A stretch of 20,000 nucleotides of DNA from an uncultured virus (IMG/VR IMGVR_UViG_3300027782_000069) (taxonomy: Duplodnaviria; Heunggongvirae; Uroviricota; Caudoviricetes). Position 1 is the first letter of the stretch. The number at the start of each line of letters is the position of its first letter. Under the pieces are notes generated by a model. It saw only the letters and a list, made by a program, of their open reading frames with translations, was not told the DNA's origin and ran no database searches. Positions 8,823-15,334 of the stretch are shown one piece after another. The DNA lies in the IMG/VR virus record IMGVR_UViG_3300027782_000069. One strand, 5' to 3'. Position numbers and translations under genes: made by a program.

Positions 8823-9761
8823 ATGAATTCCCAAGAACTTCGTGCTATTCAAAAAGCTTATACTCAAGTTTATGCTCCCCAAGAACTTGATGAAGCAGAA
8901 GTCCTTGCACAAAAAGGTGGTGTTCCTGGTTCTGTAAAAGTAAAACCAACATTGTCTATACCTGGAACTGATATTGGTGTTGGACCAAACAAACCTGTTC
9001 CTGGAACATTTACGACTACTACTCCAGCGCAAAGAGAAAAAATTTCTAAAGGTGATACAACGATTGATCGTGGTCTTTATAAGCAATCTAGAGTTGGAGC
9101 AGGTCCTACTGCAGATGAAAGATCTAGGTACAATACTGCAAAAGTTCAACAAGGATCTGCAGATAGAATGAAGATTGAGGAAGTTGACCTCTATGATGTA
9201 ATCCTTTCACATCTTCTTGATGAAGGATATGCTGATACCGAAGAGGCAGCAACTGCTATTATGGTCAATATGAGTGAAGAGTGGAGAGATAGTATTGTTG
9301 AAATGACTGATTTTGAAGCAGGTGGTGGTAATGCTAAAATGAAAAAATCTGGAATGAGTAAAGATCAAGTTATTGCTCTTGGGCAGAAAAATATGGCAGC
9401 AAAACCTTCATCTACTTCTAATTCTGGTAGTTCTAATTCTAGTGGTGGAATAACACCAGGAGATTATAATATTAATTTTGGACCTAAAAAAGAACCAAAA
9501 CAAGAACCAGCACCATATACTCCACCTAGAAGTCTTACTAGGAAACCTTATGGTCCAGCTACTGCAAAAAGTATATTCCAAAAACCAGATTATGATGTTC
9601 CTTCTTTTGCAGATATGAAGGATGATCAAATGAGATCCCAAGCACAAGATGCTGATGAGTGGTTAGTAAAAGCAGGAAAACAAAAACCTGGATATAAAGG
9701 AACTCAGAATATCGCAAATAAAACGATTGCAAAACAAAGAGCATATTACGGACAAAAGTGA
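8823..9761 (+). CDS. Modular hypothetical protein, paralog A (putative internal head protein)
   Basis: Leader MNSQELRAIQKAYTQVY; acidic module DLYDVILSHLLDEGYADTEEAATAIMVNMSEEWRDSIVE; basic, low-complexity flanks; late promoter. Confidence 0.85.
   Translation: MNSQELRAIQKAYTQVYAPQELDEAEVLAQKGGVPGSVKVKPTLSIPGTDIGVGPNKPVPGTFTTTTPAQREKISKGDTTIDRGLYKQSRVGAGPTADERSRYNTAKVQQGSADRMKIEEVDLYDVILSHLLDEGYADTEEAATAIMVNMSEEWRDSIVEMTDFEAGGGNAKMKKSGMSKDQVIALGQKNMAAKPSSTSNSGSSNSSGGITPGDYNINFGPKKEPKQEPAPYTPPRSLTRKPYGPATAKSIFQKPDYDVPSFADMKDDQMRSQAQDADEWLVKAGKQKPGYKGTQNIANKTIAKQRAYYGQK
9186..9302 (+). repeat. Coding repeat module copy 1 (EGYAD...SIVE)
   Basis: Similar at protein and DNA level to 10435-10551 and 10953-11069; all three end in AGTATTGTTGAA. 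Confidence 0.9.
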
Positions 9762-10027
9762 AAACCTTTAAACAGTTTATTTCAGAAGCAGATATTGAAA
9801 ATGCCCCAAACTATGATAGTAGGAAGGCAGCAATTCAAATGACAAAAACTGGATATGCTAAAGCAAAGGCAAGTGGAAATACTGAAGTTGCTGATGCAAT
9901 AGGTGCCGAAGCTCATCTTTTAAAATATCCCGAGCATACTAACTACAGACCAAAATCTCCTTTGTCTCAGGATATTCCAAGAATAACACAAATGCAAAAA
10001 CAATCTCAAAAAAGACAAGGATTATAA
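9758..10027 (+). CDS. Small protein with T4 internal-protein-like capsid targeting sequence
   Basis: GTG start overlaps the upstream stop (GTGA). N-terminus MKTFKQFISE|A resembles T4 IPII/IPIII MKTYQEFIAE and IPI MKTFKEF. Confidence 0.75.
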   Translation: MKTFKQFISEADIENAPNYDSRKAAIQMTKTGYAKAKASGNTEVADAIGAEAHLLKYPEHTNYRPKSPLSQDIPRITQMQKQSQKRQGL

Positions 10028-10030
10028 ATA
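10023..10030 (+). promoter_or_regulatory. T4 late promoter TATAAATA
   Basis: Exact consensus overlapping the stop codon of ORF 9758, 23 nt before ATG 10054. Confidence 0.85.
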
Positions 10031-10053
10031 ATTGAAAAAGTATTTTTGTAAAG

Positions 10054-10692
10054 ATGAACTCAAAAGAATTTCGCACTCTTCAAGAATCATATCTTGCAGT
10101 ATATGATAACGATATTAGAGAAAAACTAGAATTCGAGTCTTGGGTCAATAATCTTCTCGAAGAAGGTTATGATTTGAGTGATTATACTTGGGATGAGATG
10201 TATGAGCATTATATTCAACTCGATGAGGGTAGAAACACTAGCCTACAAGCACTTTCACGTGAATCAGAACAACGTAAAGCTGATAAAAAAAGAGGAAGAC
10301 CAGAAGCAGAGGTTGAAAGACACAGTAGATTAATGATGGGTCCTTTTAGACCTGGTGCTTCTCAGGAAGAGAGGGCAGAAGGTGGCCGCCAGGTACTTAA
10401 AGTAAGAAACAAAGTTCCTAAAAAGGGTGGGAAAGATATGTTTGAGCATATTTTGGAGCACCTGGTTGCCGAAGGTTATGCTGATACAAATGAAGCGGCC
10501 CTTGCTATTATGGCAAATATGAGTGACAATTGGAAAGAGAGTATTGTTGAATCTATGGATCCAGATAGTCCTGGAAACACTCATAGTCTTGCGGATGCCC
10601 ATAGGGCAAATGATAGAGTTAAGGAATTGAAGAAAAAGCACGGAGACAACTGGGAGAAATTTGTCCCACGCACAAAAGTAAAAGGTGTTTGA
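10054..10692 (+). CDS. Modular hypothetical protein, paralog B (putative internal head protein)
   Basis: Leader MNSKEFRTLQESYLAVY; additional acidic block WVNNLLEEGYDLSDYTWDEMYE...LDE; module DMFEHILEHLVAEGYADTNEAALAIMANMSDNWKESIVE. Confidence 0.85.
   Translation: MNSKEFRTLQESYLAVYDNDIREKLEFESWVNNLLEEGYDLSDYTWDEMYEHYIQLDEGRNTSLQALSRESEQRKADKKRGRPEAEVERHSRLMMGPFRPGASQEERAEGGRQVLKVRNKVPKKGGKDMFEHILEHLVAEGYADTNEAALAIMANMSDNWKESIVESMDPDSPGNTHSLADAHRANDRVKELKKKHGDNWEKFVPRTKVKGV
10435..10551 (+). repeat. Coding repeat module copy 2
   Basis: GAAGGTTATGCTGAT...ATTATGGCAAATATGAGTGA...AGTATTGTTGAA. Confidence 0.88.
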
Positions 10693-10696
10693 AAGA

Positions 10697-10720
10697 GGAC
10701 CAATTTCCAAACTGTCCACT
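10697..10720 (+). promoter_or_regulatory. Quasi-palindromic motif copy 2
   Basis: GGACCAATTTCCAAACTGTCCACT. Confidence 0.7.
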
Positions 10721-10721
10721 C

Positions 10722-10746
10722 GGGTGCCCAAAGGCACCCTTTTTTT
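10722..10746 (+). terminator. Rho-independent terminator
   Basis: GGGTGCC-CAAA-GGCACCC followed by a T-run. Confidence 0.9.
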
Positions 10747-10753
10747 ATAAATA
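10746..10753 (+). promoter_or_regulatory. T4 late promoter TATAAATA
   Basis: Exact consensus, 19 nt before ATG 10773; leader ACTAAAAAGTAGTTGTAAG is nearly identical to that of paralog A. Confidence 0.88.
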
Positions 10754-10772
10754 ACTAAAAAGTAGTTGTAAG

Positions 10773-11240
10773 ATGAATTCCCAAGATATTCGCAATCTTC
10801 AAGAAGCATATTTGAATGTTTATGAACAGGAAACTGGTAGGGGTCCTAGAATATCGGATACTTATGATATGCGAGATGCTGAGGGTGGACCTAAAGGTGG
10901 TGGAACAATAAAAGGACCAAAAATGAAAAATGTCATAAGAAAAGAAGAAACTGACCTCTACGACATCATTCTCTCACATCTAATCAATGAAGGATATGCT
11001 GATAATGAAGAGGCAGCACTCCAAATCATGGCAAACATGGGTGGAGAGTGGATAGAGAGTATTGTTGAAGGTGCTCCTGCAGCAGATGAGGCAGCAAGAC
11101 GTGCTGAGCAGCAAAATGCAGTTGGTGCGGCAATTCAAGCAAATCCAAAAGCATTTGCCGCTGCAGCGCGAGATGAGGCCGCTGCTCGTGCTAAAAGACG
11201 TAGAAAACATCTGGAAAATGTAGACAAGAATAATCGCTGA
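10773..11240 (+). CDS. Modular hypothetical protein, paralog C (putative internal head protein)
   Basis: Leader MNSQDIRNLQEAYLNVY; module DLYDIILSHLINEGYADNEEAALQIMANMGGEWIESIVE; Ala/Arg-rich tail. Confidence 0.85.
   Translation: MNSQDIRNLQEAYLNVYEQETGRGPRISDTYDMRDAEGGPKGGGTIKGPKMKNVIRKEETDLYDIILSHLINEGYADNEEAALQIMANMGGEWIESIVEGAPAADEAARRAEQQNAVGAAIQANPKAFAAAARDEAAARAKRRRKHLENVDKNNR
10953..11069 (+). repeat. Coding repeat module copy 3
   Basis: GACCTCTA.GA...TCACATCT...GAAGGATATGCTGATA..GAAGAGGCAGCA...AGTATTGTTGAA; closest to copy 1. Confidence 0.9.
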
Positions 11241-11245
11241 TCATA

Positions 11246-11303
11246 AAACCACTTTCTAAACTGGCACACTGGGGGGTCGCAAGACCTCCTTTTTTTGTAT
11301 AAT
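11246..11303 (+). promoter_or_regulatory. Quasi-palindromic motif copy 3 plus TATAAT (putative early promoter for the vWA gene)
   Basis: AAACCACTTTCTAAACTGGCACACT, then a hairpin, then TATAAT at 11298 (37 nt after the C of the CTG in the motif). Confidence 0.75.
11271..11296 (+). terminator. Rho-independent terminator
   Basis: GGGGGGTC-GCAA-GACCTCCT followed by a T-run. Confidence 0.88.
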
Positions 11304-11325
11304 ACGGTCAGTTCAAAAAACACCA

Positions 11326-13488
11326 ATGTCTGTCAATTTTGAAGTAAAAGGAATGCTTGCTCGTCTTCTGGCGACAGAAGATATTGTTGTTGAACATAAA
11401 AAAGTAGAAACTGCTTGCTTTAATGTCCATACCAGAGTTCTTACTCTCCCGATGTGGGAGAAGGCAAGCAATAATGTTTATGATTTGCTTGTAGCCCATG
11501 AGTGCGGGCATTCAATTTTTACCGATGATATTGACTGGTCTAAAACACGCAAAATCCCCCCTCAGTTTGTGAATGTGACTGAGGATGCACGGGTTGAGAA
11601 GTTGATGAAGCGTAAATATGCTGGACTTGCTAAAACTTTCTTTAATGGTTATAAGGAGTTAAACGATGAGGACTTCTTTCAGTTAGAGAATGAAGATACT
11701 TCTACTTATAATCTTGCTGATCGTGCGAATCTTTATTTTAAAGTTGGTAATTTTCTCTCTCTCAATTTTACGGTAGAAGAGTGGGAAATTATTGACCAAA
11801 TCGGTACGGCAGAAACCTTTAGTGAGGCACTAGATGCTGCTGAGGTTCTCTATAAGTATTGTAAGCAAAAGCAGCAGGAAGAAACTAAAATCAATCTAGA
11901 TTCTCATGAAATTCCACAATCTGGTGGAAATTCTCCTGCTTCTGATTTCTCAGATCAACAGGAAGTTGACAATGACCAACCTGAAATAGAGAGTGGCGAT
12001 GGTGCAAGTTCTGATCAAACTGGCGAACAGAAATCTCAAGAACAACAACAAAAACAAAAAGTTAAAAGTGAGCAAGGTGGTGAAACATCTGAACCTGGAG
12101 TCAAGACTGTTGGTAATCTTGAAAAAGCACTCAAAGATCTTGTGAATCTGGATGGTTGGGAAAATGTTTATTTGGAGATTCCAAAATTGAATGTGAATCA
12201 AATCATCGTAAATAATATTGAGATTCACAATCAGTGCAAGCAATCTTGGGCATCATATCTGCATCATACTGAATATTCCCATGAAGAAATCTTTGGTGAG
12301 GTAGATAAAGATTTTCGTGAGTTTAAGCGTTCGGCACAGAAGGAAGTTAACTATCTTGTAAAGGAGTTTGAATGTCGTAAGGCAGCAGATAGTTATGCTC
12401 GTGCCACAACTGCCCGCACAGGCGTTCTAGACTGCTCTAAACTGCATACATACAAATACAATGAAGACCTGTTCCGTAAGGTTACAACCCTTGCAAACGG
12501 CAAGAATCACGGTCTGGTGTTCATTCTAGACTGGTCTGGTTCGATGAGTCGTGTGATGTTGGATACTGTGAAGCAACTTTTTAATCTTATTTGGTTCTGT
12601 AAAAAAGTTAATATTCCTTTTGAAGTTTATGCCTTTACGAATGATTATCCAGTTTTTAAGTATGATAGAAATAATACATCAATTATATCCCAACCTTTGT
12701 ATCAGAAAAAAGATGGATCAATTCATATTGCCGAACACTTTTCTCTGATGAATATGTTTACCAGTAAGATAAATGGTAAAACTTTAGAAGATCAGATGTT
12801 GAATATCTACAGGATTGCCCGCAGTTTTAGTGATGAATACTATTCTCGATATGCTGTTCCAGTTGGTCTGAGTCTTTCGGGAACTCCTTTAAATGAGTCT
12901 TTAGTTGCTCTTCACGAAATTCTTCCCATTTTCCAAAAAGAGAATAAATTGCAGAAAGTTCAGTGTGTAATTCTAACTGATGGTGAAGCAGCACCTTTAA
13001 AGTATCATAAAGAGTTTAATCGTCGTCATCAAAGTGAACCTTATCTTGGTCTTAATTCAATTTGTAGTAATGCATTTTTGCGTGATCGTAAGACTGGAAA
13101 TACTTATTCTCTAGATGTTGAATGGTTTGGTTTTACCGATATTCTACTTCACAATCTTCGTGATAAATTTCCTACTGTCAATTTTATTGGTATGAGAATT
13201 TTGGAATCACGTGATGCCAATAACTTTATTCGCCGTTATACTGGGTATATTGGCACGGATTATGATAAAATTACCTCTTCTTGGAAGAAAGAAAAAACCT
13301 TCTCTATTAAGAACTCTGGTTATCATACCTACTTTGGTCTTTCTGCTTCTGCCCTGGCAAATGATACTGAGTTTGAAGTTGCTGAAAATGCAACCAAGAC
13401 TCAAATTAAAACTGCCTTTGTGAAGAGTTTGAGGAGTAAAAAAATGAATAAGAAAGTTCTTGGTGAGTTTGTAGAATTGGTTGCCTGA
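11326..13488 (+). CDS. HEXXH peptidase-like / vWA (CobT-like) partner of a MoxR/CobS AAA+ ATPase
   Basis: N-terminal LARLLATE, AHECGH and NVTEDARVE; acidic/Q-rich linker; TGVLD..KLHTYKYNEDLF; MIDAS DWSGSM, LSGTPL, ILTDGE. Adjacent to cobS. Confidence 0.9.
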   Translation: MSVNFEVKGMLARLLATEDIVVEHKKVETACFNVHTRVLTLPMWEKASNNVYDLLVAHECGHSIFTDDIDWSKTRKIPPQFVNVTEDARVEKLMKRKYAGLAKTFFNGYKELNDEDFFQLENEDTSTYNLADRANLYFKVGNFLSLNFTVEEWEIIDQIGTAETFSEALDAAEVLYKYCKQKQQEETKINLDSHEIPQSGGNSPASDFSDQQEVDNDQPEIESGDGASSDQTGEQKSQEQQQKQKVKSEQGGETSEPGVKTVGNLEKALKDLVNLDGWENVYLEIPKLNVNQIIVNNIEIHNQCKQSWASYLHHTEYSHEEIFGEVDKDFREFKRSAQKEVNYLVKEFECRKAADSYARATTARTGVLDCSKLHTYKYNEDLFRKVTTLANGKNHGLVFILDWSGSMSRVMLDTVKQLFNLIWFCKKVNIPFEVYAFTNDYPVFKYDRNNTSIISQPLYQKKDGSIHIAEHFSLMNMFTSKINGKTLEDQMLNIYRIARSFSDEYYSRYAVPVGLSLSGTPLNESLVALHEILPIFQKENKLQKVQCVILTDGEAAPLKYHKEFNRRHQSEPYLGLNSICSNAFLRDRKTGNTYSLDVEWFGFTDILLHNLRDKFPTVNFIGMRILESRDANNFIRRYTGYIGTDYDKITSSWKKEKTFSIKNSGYHTYFGLSASALANDTEFEVAENATKTQIKTAFVKSLRSKKMNKKVLGEFVELVA

Positions 13489-13543
13489 CCACTTTCCAAA
13501 CTGTCACGGGGGCACCGACTGCCCCCTTTTTTGTTGGTATAAT
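13487..13543 (+). promoter_or_regulatory. Quasi-palindromic motif copy 4 plus TATAAT (putative early promoter for cobS)
   Basis: GACCACTTTCCAAACTGTCAC, then a hairpin, then TATAAT at 13538 (same 37-nt offset as copy 3). Confidence 0.75.
13508..13532 (+). terminator. Rho-independent terminator
   Basis: GGGGGCA-CCGAC-TGCCCCC followed by TTTTTT. Confidence 0.88.
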
Positions 13544-13577
13544 ATAAGAGTTCAAGACAAAACCACCTAACTACATC

Positions 13578-14711
13578 ATGCCCCGCAAAATTTCTGTGAC
13601 TGACGATCAACTGTTTGCTGACCTAAAAGAACTCTTCGGTTCCGAATTCAGTTCTGGTGATATTCGTGGATATTGTGCTTCTCGCAGTATTAATTATCAG
13701 ACTGTGACTCGTCGCCTAGAACCATTTAAGACTGATCGTGGTCGTTGGAATCTTGAAGTGACGCAAGAGAAGGTAGAGCAAATCGAACGCACCTATCAAG
13801 CACCTTCTGCCCTTCCTGTTGTGGAACAAAATCTTATTCCTGATAAAGATGATACCTTCGTCAAGTTTGGTAATTTTAACGACATTAAGAAAATTATTTC
13901 TTCCAATCTCTTCTATCCTACATTCATTACGGGTCTTTCGGGTAATGGCAAAACGTTTAGTGTGGAGCAAGCGTGTGCTCAACTTAAGCGCGAACTAATT
14001 CGTGTAAATATTACAATTGAAACTGATGAAGATGATCTTATTGGGGGTTTCCGCCTTATTAACGGCGAAACTGTTTGGCACAACGGTCCCGTTATCGAAG
14101 CACTCCAACGAGGTGCTATATTGCTCCTTGACGAGATCGACCTCGCAAGTAATAAAATTCTCTGTCTCCAATCCATCCTGGAAGGAAAGGGAGTTTTCCT
14201 TAAAAAGATTGGTGCATTCATTAAACCAACAAGTGGATTCAACATCATCGCAACCGCCAATACTAAGGGCAAAGGTTCGGACGATGGTAGGTTCATTGGA
14301 ACTAACGTGCTCAACGAAGCCTTTCTAGAACGCTTTCCCGTAACGTTTGAGCAATCCTATCCTGCCCCTGCTACAGAGCAGAGGATCCTGGAAGGCGTTG
14401 CTTTGGATCTTGGTGTAGAAGACCGTGACTTCTGCAAGCGACTGGTTGATTGGAGTGACGTGATTCGTAAGACTTTTTATGATGGTGGTATTGAAGAAAT
14501 TATCTCCACCCGCCGTCTCGTTCATATCATTCGTGCTTATAGTATCTTTGCTGATAAGGCAAAGGCAATTCAAGTTTGTGTGAATCGCTTTGATGATGAA
14601 ACAAAGCAAGCGTTCTTGGAACTGTATGATAAGGTTGATGCTGATTTTAAGATGCCTACTGTGGTGTCAAATGAAGTTCTTCCAGATCTTGACGAACCTG
14701 CTCCTTTCTGA
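13578..14711 (+). CDS. cobS: CobS-like MoxR-family AAA+ ATPase
   Basis: Walker A GLSGNGKT, RVNITIETDEDDLIGG, Walker B LLLDEID, ATANTKGKGSDDGRFIGTNVLNEAFLERF, ISTRRL. Confidence 0.93.
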   Translation: MPRKISVTDDQLFADLKELFGSEFSSGDIRGYCASRSINYQTVTRRLEPFKTDRGRWNLEVTQEKVEQIERTYQAPSALPVVEQNLIPDKDDTFVKFGNFNDIKKIISSNLFYPTFITGLSGNGKTFSVEQACAQLKRELIRVNITIETDEDDLIGGFRLINGETVWHNGPVIEALQRGAILLLDEIDLASNKILCLQSILEGKGVFLKKIGAFIKPTSGFNIIATANTKGKGSDDGRFIGTNVLNEAFLERFPVTFEQSYPAPATEQRILEGVALDLGVEDRDFCKRLVDWSDVIRKTFYDGGIEEIISTRRLVHIIRAYSIFADKAKAIQVCVNRFDDETKQAFLELYDKVDADFKMPTVVSNEVLPDLDEPAPF

Positions 14712-14717
14712 TATAAT
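14689..14717 (+). promoter_or_regulatory. sigma70-type promoter for the replication-accessory operon
   Basis: TTGACG-17 nt-TATAAT with extended TG, overlapping the cobS stop codon. Confidence 0.82.
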
Positions 14718-14721
14718 ATGG

Positions 14722-14745
14722 GGAGGTAATGTTCCTCCCTCTTTG
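14722..14745 (+). other. Stem-loop at the predicted transcript 5' end (weak terminator or stabilising hairpin)
   Basis: GGGAGG-TAATGTT-CCTCCC followed by TCTTT. Confidence 0.5.
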
Positions 14746-14764
14746 TCCTTTATTTTGAAATTTT

Positions 14765-15334
14765 ATGTCTGAAATTCCTGAAAAAAACGATAGTATAACT
14801 TATATTGGATCTAATCTTCCTGGTGGAATGGGGGAAGATCATATTTCATTTAATACAAATAACTATTGGGAAGATGATGGTTTTAGTCTAACTGGAAATC
14901 CACATTCTTCTCCAGATGTTTTTAATTTTGGAGGACCTGTTGCTGCAGTAACATTTGGGAATAATCATAGCACGACTATTGGTTCACAATCATTCAATTT
15001 GAATGCGGTTACCTCACAAAAATTAACTCAAGAACATTTTTGGAAGTTTGGTGAAGGTGAAACTCTGAAGGCAGTGAATGATTATATTGTAAGTACGTAT
15101 AATGCACATTATGCATCTGAAAAGTCCAAGGTTCAGGTGCTGGATATGATTGATGCGATTGGTGATGGTGTTCCTTTCTGTCGTGATAATCTCATCAAGT
15201 ATTCTTCTCGTTTTGGTAAGAAGGATGGAATGTCCCGTCTTGACGCACTGAAGATTATCCATTATGGTGTTCTTCTATACCACTTTGCTGGTTTTAATGA
15301 TGAAACTTCGAAATCAAATTATGAAACTTTCTGA
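14765..15334 (+). CDS. DUF3310/SaV-like (T7 gp1.7 nucleotide-kinase-like) domain protein with low-complexity N-terminus
   Basis: C-terminal HYA..QVLDMI..G.G..FC..N..KY..RFGKKDG...DALKIIHY; immediately upstream of gp45. Confidence 0.72.
   Translation: MSEIPEKNDSITYIGSNLPGGMGEDHISFNTNNYWEDDGFSLTGNPHSSPDVFNFGGPVAAVTFGNNHSTTIGSQSFNLNAVTSQKLTQEHFWKFGEGETLKAVNDYIVSTYNAHYASEKSKVQVLDMIDAIGDGVPFCRDNLIKYSSRFGKKDGMSRLDALKIIHYGVLLYHFAGFNDETSKSNYETF

Noticed and set aside
8628..10809. Longer minus-strand ORFs (8628-9152, 9408-9647, 10330-10809)
   Set aside because: They are antisense shadows of well-supported + strand genes, with no motifs, RBS or promoter.
8823..11240. Paralog repeats as a diversity-generating retroelement (TR/VR) or shufflon
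   Set aside because: No reverse transcriptase or invertase in the window, differences are not adenine-specific, and all copies are coding and in direct orientation.
8565..13543. Repeated ~23-nt motif as a CRISPR repeat or recombinase att site
   Set aside because: Copies are degenerate and separated by whole genes (0.5-2.2 kb), no cas or integrase gene is in the window, and the fixed spacing to -10 boxes favours a promoter element.
13578..14711. cobS as a cobalamin-biosynthesis auxiliary metabolic gene
   Set aside because: No cobN or other cob genes are present; the motifs only support a MoxR-type AAA+ ATPase.
15264..15299. ORF-track upstream starts for gp45 (15264), gp44 (17096) and gp62 (19508)
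   Set aside because: Recognisable N-termini and overlap patterns point to 15321 or 15300, 17102 and 19562 respectively.
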